A stretch of 64,000 nt of DNA from Thermoplasmata archaeon. GTDB lineage: Archaea > Thermoplasmatota > Thermoplasmata > Lutacidiplasmatales > UBA184. The stretch is from NCBI GenBank assembly GCA_022750055.1, contig JAKIWL010000002.1, forward strand, positions 21,042 through 85,041. Direction: 5' to 3'. The notes under the pieces were generated by a model. It did no database searches. It saw only the letters and a program-made list of their open reading frames with translations, and was not told where the DNA came from. This document shows positions 56,251 to 64,000 of this stretch, piece after piece. Position 1 is the stretch's first letter. Each line of letters begins with the position of its first letter. A program made the position numbers and the translations under genes.

Positions 56251-57599
56251 GGGTGGGAGCCCTGGGCGGGCGGCTCCCCACCCGCGAGCTGCCGCTCGAG
56301 CTGCCGTCGGAGGCGACGGTTCGAGGCGATGCCGTGCGCCGCCTTCCGCGTCGTCTCGCAATACTTGAGAAGCGAGCGGACTTCCTGCGGGCGCTGGCCG
56401 CTTCCGCGCGCGATCCGGTGAATCCGGTCTCCCTTGATCAGGTGGATGTCGTCGAGCTCATCGGAGTTCACCGAATCGAGGATGGCGCGGAAGCGCCGGA
56501 GCTTCCCTTGGGTCTCCTCCATCTTCGTGTCGTCGATCTTCCCACCGCCCATCGAGGGGAGCAGGGACATCAGCTTCGAAAACGGACCCATCTGTCCCAG
56601 CGACTCGAGCTGGGAGCGCATGTCCCGAAGCGTGAACCGGCCGGCCATCAGGTTCTCGGCGACCTTCTGGGCCTCCTCCTTGTTCTCAAGCTCCTCGAAT
56701 CGCTCGAGGAGGGTCTGGATGTCCCCCATCCCGAGGAGGCGGGACACGAACCGGGTGGGCTCGAACCGTTCGAGGTCGTCGAGGTGCTCGCCCGTGCCGA
56801 TGAACACGATCGGGGCCCCACTCGTCGCCACGGCAGAGAGCGCCCCGCCCCCCTTCGCCGAGCCGTCGAGCTTGGTGAGGACGACCCCGGTGAGTCCCAC
56901 CGCCTTGTGGAACGCCTCCGCGCTGCGCCCGGCGCTCTGCCCCATGGCAGCGTCCAGGACGAGCAGCGTCTCCTCCGGCTGCAGTGCCTCCCGGACCCGT
57001 CCCAGCTCCGCGATCAGCTCAGGGTCGATGCCGGTTCGGCCGGCGGTGTCCACGATCACAGCCAGGTGGGGAGGGAATCGACCGAGCCCTTCGCGAACGA
57101 TCACTTCGGCGCGAGTCTCTCCACGGTGAGCATAGAACTCCGCGCCGACCTTCTTGGCGAGCTGTTCAAGCTGGTCCACCGCGGCCGGGCGGTGCACGTC
57201 CGCCGCGATCAGCCCGACGCGGATGCCCTTCTTCTGGAGGAAGCGCGCGAGTTTCGCCGCCGTGGTCGTCTTTCCCTGACCGAAGAGCCCGGCCAACAGA
57301 ATCCGTCGGGGTTTGACGTCGAACGGGCGGTCCGGCCCGAGGATCCCGCGGATCTCCTCGTAGATGATTCGGACGAGGAACTCCCTCAGGCCGGCCCCGG
57401 CGGGAGGCTTTTCATCGTGGGCGCGGCGCTTGACCCGTTGGGTCAGGTCCAGGGCAAGCTGGACGTTGACGTCCGCTTGCAGTAGCGCCCGTTGGATATC
57501 CCGCGCTACCTCCGCCAGGAGCGCATCGTCGATCGTGGACCCGCGCGCTACCTTCTGGAGAACGCTGCGAAGCGACCTTCCCAAAGAATCCAGGACCAT
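56247..57599 (-). CDS. srp54: Signal recognition particle protein SRP54
   Basis: N domain MVLDSLGRSLRSVLQKV. G domain LLAGLFGQGKTTTAAKLA, DTAGR, TKLDG. M domain rich in Met (LMSLLPSMGGGK). 450 aa. Confidence 0.92.
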   Translation of the reverse strand: MVLDSLGRSLRSVLQKVARGSTIDDALLAEVARDIQRALLQADVNVQLALDLTQRVKRRAHDEKPPAGAGLREFLVRIIYEEIRGILGPDRPFDVKPRRILLAGLFGQGKTTTAAKLARFLQKKGIRVGLIAADVHRPAAVDQLEQLAKKVGAEFYAHRGETRAEVIVREGLGRFPPHLAVIVDTAGRTGIDPELIAELGRVREALQPEETLLVLDAAMGQSAGRSAEAFHKAVGLTGVVLTKLDGSAKGGGALSAVATSGAPIVFIGTGEHLDDLERFEPTRFVSRLLGMGDIQTLLERFEELENKEEAQKVAENLMAGRFTLRDMRSQLESLGQMGPFSKLMSLLPSMGGGKIDDTKMEETQGKLRRFRAILDSVNSDELDDIHLIKGDRIHRIARGSGQRPQEVRSLLKYCETTRKAAHGIASNRRLRRQLERQLAGGEPPAQGSHP

Positions 57600-57771
57600 G
57601 CTGCAGACCCACGGAAGCGTGCGGTCCGCTTCCCGGATGGATGGGACCGACCCGCCGTAATTAGATTACCGGGAGCGCTTGCGCTCCGCTGGCTTCAAGA
57701 AGCCGGCATGCCCGTCCAATTCGGGCGGCAAGCGTCAAGAGAGCGCCTCCGCTCTATCTGCCGGAGCATCG

Positions 57772-59226
57772 ATGGCCGCTGTGAGCCCGAAACCTCCCAT
57801 CATACCCCCCAAGCTCAATCCGGTCCGAGTCCCGATCGAGGAAGAGCCGGTCGGGGGCCGGACCACGGACTTCCGCGAGGTCCTCCACGCCTACTCCAAG
57901 GAGGAGGCCGTCCTGGAGGCCCGGCGGTGCATCCAATGCCGTCGACCCTGGTGCGTCGAGGCCTGTCCTATCACGCAGGATTGCAAGGAGTACATCCGCC
58001 TCATCGCGATCGAAGACTGGGACGGGGCGTCGCACATGGCGACCCTCGACAATCCACTCGCCACGTCGCTGTGCAAGGTGTGCTACCATTACTGCGAGGA
58101 ATCCTGCGTCGTGAAGAAGAAGGGCGTGCCCATCGCGATCCGACATCTCAAGCGTGCGGCACTCGACCACGGGACCCCCGACCTCGTCTATGTTCCCTCC
58201 CGCCCGAAAGGCCAGCGAGTGGCCGTGGTCGGAGGTGGACCCGCCGGAATGATGGCGGCCTGGGAGCTCGGCGTTCGGGGATACGGGGTCACGGTCTACG
58301 AGCAGGAAAAGCGGGTGGGCGGGCTCATGCAGACGATCCCCGCCTACCGCATGACCGATGCCGACGTAGAGGCCGATCGAGCTCGTTTTCGCGAGCTCGA
58401 TGTGACCTGGGTTCTCGATCGGAAGATCGGACGCGATTTTCCGGCCACGAAACTCCTCGAGGAGGGGTACCAAGCGGTCTTCCTCTCGGTCGGAACGCCC
58501 CTGCACCGGACCTTGAAGGTCCCGGGGGAGTCTCTGCCCGGGGTGATTCCGGCGCTCCCCTTCCTCAAGGCGATCGGAGAGGGACACCCGATGGCGTTGG
58601 GCCGCCGGGTGATCGTGATCGGAGGGGGCGACGTGGCGATGGATGCGGTCCGGTCCTCCTTGCGACTCTGCCCGACGCGCGACGTCACCCTCGTCTACCG
58701 ACGGGGCCGGGCCGAGATGCCGGCGGACCCGGAGGAGGTACACGGTGCCGAGCAAGAGGGGATCCGCTTCCTGTTCCTGAAGACCCCGATCCGCATCGCC
58801 GGCGAATCGACGGTCACCGGGGTTGAGGTTCAGTCGATGCAACTGGGGCCGGCTACGCCTGGGGGCCGGCGAACCTCCGTGCCCATCCTCGGATCCGAGG
58901 AGACCCTGCCCTGCGACACCGTCGTGGTCGCGGTGGGCCAAAGAGCGGACTTGACGGGGTTGGACGGTCCCCTCGACCTGCAGATCGCGACCATGGGATG
59001 GCCGGAGGGAAAAGGGGCCGGATTCGCGACGGCCGTGCCTGGCGTCTTCGCGGCGGGGGGTCGCTCGGTGGTGTACGCCATGGGAAACGCCAAGAGCGCC
59101 GCCGACGCGATCGATGCCTATCTCTCAGAGAAGCGGGGAGAGCCGACGGGACCTCGGCCGAACGCCTTCGGGTCGGGGCCGCCTTTCCACCTGCCGCCGG
59201 GCTACACGAAGCCCATCCGGTCGTAG
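57772..59226 (+). CDS. GltD-like FAD/NAD(P)-binding oxidoreductase with N-terminal 2x[4Fe-4S] cluster domain (glutamate synthase small subunit / PreT-DPD family)
   Basis: Start trimmed to ATG 57772 (MAAVSPKPPI...). ARRCIQCRRPWCVEACP and LCKVCYHYCEESC cluster motifs. VAVVGGGPAGMMAAWEL dinucleotide fold. Second fold VIVIGGGDVAMDA. 484 aa. No gltB-like partner in the window. Confidence 0.8.
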   Translation: MAAVSPKPPIIPPKLNPVRVPIEEEPVGGRTTDFREVLHAYSKEEAVLEARRCIQCRRPWCVEACPITQDCKEYIRLIAIEDWDGASHMATLDNPLATSLCKVCYHYCEESCVVKKKGVPIAIRHLKRAALDHGTPDLVYVPSRPKGQRVAVVGGGPAGMMAAWELGVRGYGVTVYEQEKRVGGLMQTIPAYRMTDADVEADRARFRELDVTWVLDRKIGRDFPATKLLEEGYQAVFLSVGTPLHRTLKVPGESLPGVIPALPFLKAIGEGHPMALGRRVIVIGGGDVAMDAVRSSLRLCPTRDVTLVYRRGRAEMPADPEEVHGAEQEGIRFLFLKTPIRIAGESTVTGVEVQSMQLGPATPGGRRTSVPILGSEETLPCDTVVVAVGQRADLTGLDGPLDLQIATMGWPEGKGAGFATAVPGVFAAGGRSVVYAMGNAKSAADAIDAYLSEKRGEPTGPRPNAFGSGPPFHLPPGYTKPIRS

Positions 59227-59331
59227 CGCGACCCTGGGCTCGGACCGAACCTCGGCCCTTGACGTTCGCCTGGGAACGCGACGGATTCGAAACTGCAGGG
59301 AACCTTTTGAACCAAGCCGAACTAGGGGGAT

Positions 59332-61863
59332 ATGGTGCGTCGCTTCGGGAGGACCCGCGCGTCCGGTCGGGCCGCCGCGGTCGTCCTGTCCCTCGTGGTC
59401 GTCCTCGCAGCGTTCGCGGCCTTCACGGGCGAGCGGCGCTCGCCCAGCTCTCTATCCGCGACCTCGGGTCGAACGACTACGGCCCAGGTCGCGACCTCGC
59501 CGCTCTTGCCGGCTGTGTTCCACGAACCATGGTCCGATCGGGCCGGATTCAACTCCACGGACCTCGCGAGCGCCCAGGGGACGGAGCCGGCGAGCGGGAA
59601 TGTCTCGGTGGAACTGACGTTGTGGCCCGAGAGCGATCAGCTGTACGCGCAGCGAGCTTCCGGTTCGCCCGCCCTATCCAACTCCCAGATCGCCGCCGCG
59701 TATGGGGTTCCGTCGGCCGAATACCGGGGGCTCGAGTCTTACTTCGAGACCCGGGGTCTCGCGGTCGTCCAGACCTCTTCGGAGCGCCTTTCCCTGCTCG
59801 TCTGCGGACCGGCCGATGAGGTCGGTGCAGCCTTCGGGACGGTTCTCCTCCAGGGAATGGTGGCGGGTCATTCGGTGCGCTTTCCGTCCACCGTGCCGAC
59901 CCTGCCGGCCCCTTTCGAGGGCCTCGTGTCAGCCGTCAGCGGCCTGTCCACTGGGTCTTCGCACTTTGTGATCCCGTTCACGCGGGACGCCGCACCGTCG
60001 TCGCGGCCCTTCCAGGGGTCGCCGAGCGTCATCAGCGCGAACGCCGTGCACGTGATCTACGGGTTGAACGAACTGTACAACTACTCCGGCTCGACCCACT
60101 GGGCCTCCGGGCAGAAGAATGGCATCGCCGTCATCCTGTGGGGATCGGGCTACGACCCCAACGACCTAGCGTACTTCTTCTCGCAGGAATACCCCTCGAG
60201 CTTTCCGCAACCCACGATCGTCGCGTATCCTGGTCCCGGCGCGCCCAGCCCGGCGGCGACCGCGACCAGCGACCCGTCCAACTCGACCCAGGAGATGACC
60301 CTCGACATCGAATGGTCGGCGTCCGAAGCACCCGGCGCGACCATCGACGCGGTCTATGCTAGGGACGGGCCCCCGAGCGCCGGGTACTCCCCCAACGATG
60401 CCGACATGGAGGCAGCCATCAACGAGGCGGTCAGCAACATCCCCGGGGTCGCTGTGATCTCGATGTCGTTCGGGAGCCTCGACGGGGGCGACCCCTCTTT
60501 CCAAGCGGCCCTGTCACAGGATTTTGCGCTCGCCCAGGCAAAAGAGATCACGGTGTTGGCCGCTTCGGGCGACTCCGGCGGCACGGTCAAGGGACCGCCC
60601 GATTGCAGCGGGGGCCTGGCTCCTCAGTTCCCGGCGGCCTCGCCCTACGTGCTCGCGGTCGGGGGTACGGCCCCCATCGTCAGTAAGGACGCATTCGGAA
60701 CCGTGACGGGCCTCGCCTCGGAATCGGCCTGGGATGGCTCCGGCGGCGGATACTCCGCTGCCTATCTCGCTCCCGGTTGGGAAACGCTCGGCTCCGCGGG
60801 CCAAGCGATCCAGGCTCACGGGGGCCACCGCGGCATCCCGGATGTGGCCGGCCCCTCGGCGGAGAACCTGTTCTACTACGCCGCGAACCTGAACTACGGG
60901 TCCGGGACGAGCTTCGCCACCCCGATGTGGGCCGGCCTGATCGCCGAGATGAACGCCATCCGAGGCGCGCCGCTCGGCTTCATCACGGACCGTCTTTACT
61001 CGCTCGCGAACGCGCAGACGACCGCCGGAGGTTCGGGGATCGCCGATATCAACGGTGGCTCGAACTGCATCGCGACCGCGACCACGGGCTGGGATGCCGC
61101 GACCGGGTGGGGCTCGCCTCGAGCGTTGCCTCTCTACGAACATATCGCCGGGACGTTCGTCGACGTGACGGTCCTCTCCTCGGGCTCCTCCGTCGCTCCG
61201 GGCGCGTCCGTGACGATCACCGCCAGCGTCCGGAACGCGACGAGCCACAAGGCGATCAGCGCCCTTTCGGTCGACTTCACGATGACCGGCAGTTTCCCCG
61301 GTCCCTGCACGGGATCTCTCGCGTCGGTCGCCAACGCGACCACCGATTCGCTCGGGACGACCAACGTCTCCCTGACCGTCCCGTCGTGCTACCTCGGGTC
61401 GGACGTCTCGATCTCCGCGACCGTGAACTCCGGCGGGTACCTCGGGGGGAATTCGACCACCGTCGGGATCAATCTGTTCGGTCTGGCCGGCCTGATCGCC
61501 GTCTCCGAGACCTTCCCGTACAACGTGATCGTGTTCACCGCCATCATGGGAGTCGCGCTCTCGATCGGACTGTGGTTCGGGCGCCGACGCTCCCGACCTA
61601 GAACCATGGCGCCCGCGCCCCGAATGCCCTCGGTGACCGGTCTACCCCCGCCCCCTCCTCCACCTCCTCCGCCACCCGCCCCTCCCCCTCCGGCTCCTGC
61701 ATTGGCGAGTCCGCCAGTGGCCGCCCCTTTAGCTCAACGACCCGTGGTCGCCCCTGCTCGTCGGCTTCCACGGAAGGCGCCCCCCCGAACCGTCCGCCGC
61801 CCTCCCCGAGGCGCGCCGCCGCCTTCGGATAGTCCGGGGGCACCGGGGCCGGGCCCACCGTGA
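59332..61863 (+). CDS. S53 (sedolisin/kumamolisin-like) serine-carboxyl peptidase, secreted and C-terminally membrane-anchored with a polyproline cytoplasmic tail
   Basis: Signal AAAVVLSLVVVLAAFAAF. Pro-domain. Catalytic motifs EMTLDIEW, AASGDSG, SGTSFATPMWAG. C-terminal TM VIVFTAIMGVALSIGLWFG followed by RRRSRPR and then LPPPPPPPPPPPPAPPPPAP. 843 aa. Confidence 0.8.
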   Translation: MVRRFGRTRASGRAAAVVLSLVVVLAAFAAFTGERRSPSSLSATSGRTTTAQVATSPLLPAVFHEPWSDRAGFNSTDLASAQGTEPASGNVSVELTLWPESDQLYAQRASGSPALSNSQIAAAYGVPSAEYRGLESYFETRGLAVVQTSSERLSLLVCGPADEVGAAFGTVLLQGMVAGHSVRFPSTVPTLPAPFEGLVSAVSGLSTGSSHFVIPFTRDAAPSSRPFQGSPSVISANAVHVIYGLNELYNYSGSTHWASGQKNGIAVILWGSGYDPNDLAYFFSQEYPSSFPQPTIVAYPGPGAPSPAATATSDPSNSTQEMTLDIEWSASEAPGATIDAVYARDGPPSAGYSPNDADMEAAINEAVSNIPGVAVISMSFGSLDGGDPSFQAALSQDFALAQAKEITVLAASGDSGGTVKGPPDCSGGLAPQFPAASPYVLAVGGTAPIVSKDAFGTVTGLASESAWDGSGGGYSAAYLAPGWETLGSAGQAIQAHGGHRGIPDVAGPSAENLFYYAANLNYGSGTSFATPMWAGLIAEMNAIRGAPLGFITDRLYSLANAQTTAGGSGIADINGGSNCIATATTGWDAATGWGSPRALPLYEHIAGTFVDVTVLSSGSSVAPGASVTITASVRNATSHKAISALSVDFTMTGSFPGPCTGSLASVANATTDSLGTTNVSLTVPSCYLGSDVSISATVNSGGYLGGNSTTVGINLFGLAGLIAVSETFPYNVIVFTAIMGVALSIGLWFGRRRSRPRTMAPAPRMPSVTGLPPPPPPPPPPPAPPPPAPALASPPVAAPLAQRPVVAPARRLPRKAPPRTVRRPPRGAPPPSDSPGAPGPGPP

Positions 61864-62558
61864 AGCGCGGCGGGTCCACGACCGGGACGATCGCGGACCA
61901 GACTCGGTTGTACATCGAAGACCACGCGAGCCTCCGGGAGGGGCTTCGAGAAGACCTGCTGAATTTCACCGCCCTCGCCCGGAAGATCCAGTCCGAGGCC
62001 GGGCTTCGCAACGAGGAGGCGGTCACGATCGCCGCCCGCCGCTATCAGCGCAATCTCGATCGCGAGCAGTCCGACTTGGGGCGAGTCCGCGCGATCGTTG
62101 GGCGCAGTCGCCTCGAGGTCCACCCGCGGGTCGCCATCGTTCGGATCCGCGACGATTCGGACACGATCGACCGATTGTTGTCGATCGGCCGACGCACGCT
62201 GACGACCCCGTCGAAACGCAGGGTCTTCCAACTCTTCCTCGGCACTCGAGCGATCACGGTTCTATGTGAAGAGACGCTCCTCGCCGCGATCCTACCCGAG
62301 GTGCCTGCCCGCCTTCTCCTCGGCGTCGAGCGGGGACTCGGCACCCTCGCCTTCCGAAGCAGCCCGGAAGTGGCCGACATCCCGGGCGTGCTCTCGTTCA
62401 TCGCAGACGCGCTCTATCGGGCGGGCATCAACTGCCTCGAGACGATCAGCGTCTACACCGACTCGATCTTCGTTTTCCGAGACGCCGACCTACTGAAGGC
62501 CTACCAGGCGCTCTCCGAACTCGTCCCGGCGGGGCAGGCCGAGCCCGGCCCCGCCTGA
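61860..62558 (+). CDS. Hypothetical protein with C-terminal ACT-like ligand-binding domain (232 aa)
   Basis: GTG start overlapping the peptidase TGA (GTGA). C-terminal VLSFIADALYRAGINCLETISVYTDSIFVFRDADL resembles an ACT fold. Immediately upstream of argC-argJ. Confidence 0.5.
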   Translation: MKRGGSTTGTIADQTRLYIEDHASLREGLREDLLNFTALARKIQSEAGLRNEEAVTIAARRYQRNLDREQSDLGRVRAIVGRSRLEVHPRVAIVRIRDDSDTIDRLLSIGRRTLTTPSKRRVFQLFLGTRAITVLCEETLLAAILPEVPARLLLGVERGLGTLAFRSSPEVADIPGVLSFIADALYRAGINCLETISVYTDSIFVFRDADLLKAYQALSELVPAGQAEPGPA

Positions 62559-62655
62559 GTCGCGTGGCCAACAGTTGCCCCACCCGGCCGACCCCAGGGG
62601 GACACCACCCTCATGGAGGGCGCCCCCCGTCGTTTCCTTCTCGGTCCCCGTCGAC

Positions 62656-63666
62656 ATGGCGAGCGCAGCGGTACTCGGCGCCGGCGGGTACCTCGGGGGC
62701 GAGCTCCTTCGATTGCTTTCGAACCATCCGTCGCTCTCGGTCACCTCGGCCGTCTCGAAGAGTCATGCGGGCCAGTCGATCCGCCAGGTCCACCCGAACC
62801 TCGAAGCGTTTCCTGATGTGATCCTCGCCGCCGATGCCGCTCACGTCGATGCGGACGTCGCATTCCTCGCCCAACCGGCGGGCGAGGCGATGCAGACGGT
62901 GCCGTCGCTCTTGCAGCGCGGGATCCGCGCGGTCGACCTCGGCCCGGACTATCGTCTACCCGACCCTAACGAGTACGCCCGGGTCTACGGTCGACCTCAC
63001 GCCGACCCGGATCACCTCGCCGAGGCGGCCTACGGCCTCCCGGAACTCTTCCGGGATTCCATCCGAAGGGCCCGGCTGGTGGCCAATCCGGGCTGCTATC
63101 CAACGGCCTCCCTGCTGGCGATCGCCCCGCTGCTCGAAAAGGGAATGATCACCGGACCGGTGATCGTCGACGCGAAGAGCGGCACGTCGGGGGCGGGCCA
63201 CGACCCCTCGCCCTCGACGCACCACCCCGAAGCCGCGCTCACGGTCTGGCCCTACGGCGCTCCCGAGCACCGGCACGTGCCGGAGATGCGCGCGGCGATC
63301 GCACGGACCGGGGCCGCGACGCCTCCGATCGTCTTCGTCCCCCACCTGGTCCCCCTGGTACGGGGGATCCTGTGCTCGGTGTATCCGACCCCTCTCTCCT
63401 CCGACCGCTCTCGTTGGGCCGACGTCCTCGAGTCCAGGTACCGCGACTCTCCCTTCGTCCGAGTCGGGGCCGTCCCCCGGCTCCCGTGGGCCCTCGGTAC
63501 TAACCGGTGCTACCTGTCCGTCCAGCAGGCGGGCGACGCCCCCGTCGTGTTCAGCGCCATCGATAACCTCGGGAAGGGCGGCGCTGCCCAGGCGATCCAG
63601 AACGCGAACCTCCTCATGGGGTGGCCGGAGACGACCGGACTCGACCGGCCGGGATTCGGCGTATGA
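62656..63666 (+). CDS. argC: N-acetyl-gamma-glutamyl-phosphate reductase (ArgC/LysY family)
   Basis: Start trimmed to ATG 62656 (MASAAVLGAGGYLGGELLRLL...). Catalytic Cys in ANPGCYPTASLLAIAPL. SGTSGAG. C-terminal NLGKGGAAQAIQNANLMMG-like block. 336 aa. Confidence 0.85.
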   Translation: MASAAVLGAGGYLGGELLRLLSNHPSLSVTSAVSKSHAGQSIRQVHPNLEAFPDVILAADAAHVDADVAFLAQPAGEAMQTVPSLLQRGIRAVDLGPDYRLPDPNEYARVYGRPHADPDHLAEAAYGLPELFRDSIRRARLVANPGCYPTASLLAIAPLLEKGMITGPVIVDAKSGTSGAGHDPSPSTHHPEAALTVWPYGAPEHRHVPEMRAAIARTGAATPPIVFVPHLVPLVRGILCSVYPTPLSSDRSRWADVLESRYRDSPFVRVGAVPRLPWALGTNRCYLSVQQAGDAPVVFSAIDNLGKGGAAQAIQNANLLMGWPETTGLDRPGFGV

Positions 63667-64000
63667 CGCAGGGAATCCGGGTGCCGGGTGGCATCACCAC
63701 CCCGAAGGGATATCGAGCGGGCGGCGTTGCCGCGGGCGTCAAGCGGAGCGGCCGGCCGGACCTCGCGATCGTCCTGTCGGACCGGGACGCGTGCGCGGCG
63801 GGGGTCTTCACGACGAACCTCGTCAAGGCCGCGCCCGTCCTGATGGGGATGGAGACGATCCTGGCCCGGCCCTCGGCGATCCGCGGGATCCTCACCGTCT
63901 CTGGGACGGCGAACGCGCTCACGGGGGCGGAAGGGATCGAGGACAACCGTTCCGTGCTATCGGCGGCAGAATCGGAGTTTGGCCTGCCGGCCGGCAGCCT
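63663..64000 (+). CDS. argJ: Glutamate N-acetyltransferase / ornithine acetyltransferase ArgJ, 3' partial (runs off window)
   Basis: ATG 63663 overlapping the argC TGA (ATGA). MTQGIRVPGGITTPKGYRAGGVAAGVKRSGRPDLAIVLSDRDACAAGVFTTNLVKAAPV is the canonical ArgJ N-terminus. No stop before 64000. Confidence 0.8.
   Translation, partial: MTQGIRVPGGITTPKGYRAGGVAAGVKRSGRPDLAIVLSDRDACAAGVFTTNLVKAAPVLMGMETILARPSAIRGILTVSGTANALTGAEGIEDNRSVLSAAESEFGLPAGS

Noticed and set aside
59270-59330. GGATTCGAAAC string suggesting a tRNA T-loop on the minus strand
   Set aside because: Flanking bases do not form a 5-bp T stem, and no acceptor/anticodon arms can be drawn. Probably coincidental.
1-64000. CRISPR arrays, transposases/IS elements, integrases or prophage genes
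   Set aside because: No regularly spaced direct repeats, no DDE/tyrosine-recombinase-like ORFs, and no phage structural genes were seen. The window looks like core chromosome.

Overview
This 64 kb window is high-GC (about 65-68% by eye) archaeal chromosomal DNA. The archaeal call rests on Orc1/Cdc6 (two copies), TBP, Pth2, a class I CCA-adding enzyme, diphthine synthase, an intron-containing tRNA with no encoded CCA, and leaderless TATA promoters. It contains about 50 real genes. Many long spurious ORFs sit in the alternative frames, as expected at this GC content, so gene calls rest on recognisable protein families. Main contents, in order:
- Three consecutive giant glycosylated surface proteins at 2..10189, with Cys-pair repeats, BNR/Asp-box repeats and PKD domains.
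- orc1/cdc6-1, aldehyde dehydrogenase, an atypical class II aaRS-like gene, Hef-like helicase, tandem Usp, diphthine synthase, a 512-aa hypothetical, and a guaAA-membrane-membrane-ubiX operon.
- Thiolase plus an HMG-CoA-synthase-like/DUF35 fusion, tbp, a TatD-family hydrolase, orc1/cdc6-2, lipA, cca, and a radical SAM enzyme.
- A 1116-aa YVTN beta-propeller surface protein, pyrF, a GT4 glycosyltransferase, and pdxS.
- A TPP riboswitch in front of a thiamine-type ABC transporter.
- tRNA-Leu(UAA) with a 33-nt intron, DNA ligase, rpe, and an Opp/Dpp-type peptide ABC system with a 1035-aa glycosylated binding protein.
- pth2, srp54, a GltD-like oxidoreductase, a membrane-anchored S53 sedolisin peptidase, argC and argJ (3' partial).
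No CRISPR array, transposase or obvious provirus is visible. The most notable observations are:
- The TPP riboswitch.
- The intron-containing tRNA.
- A recurring surface-protein architecture: signal peptide, then ectodomain, then a C-terminal TM helix, then a long Pro-rich cytoplasmic tail. One protein carries a P13 tract and one ends in a zinc ribbon.
- A catalytic-Cys-less HMGCS-like/DUF35 fusion next to the thiolase.
- Two Orc1/Cdc6 paralogues with no visible AT-rich origin.
Coordinates taken from the ORF track by codon arithmetic are exact. Coordinates of RNA and promoter elements that I read off the sequence rows are good to about +/-2 nt.
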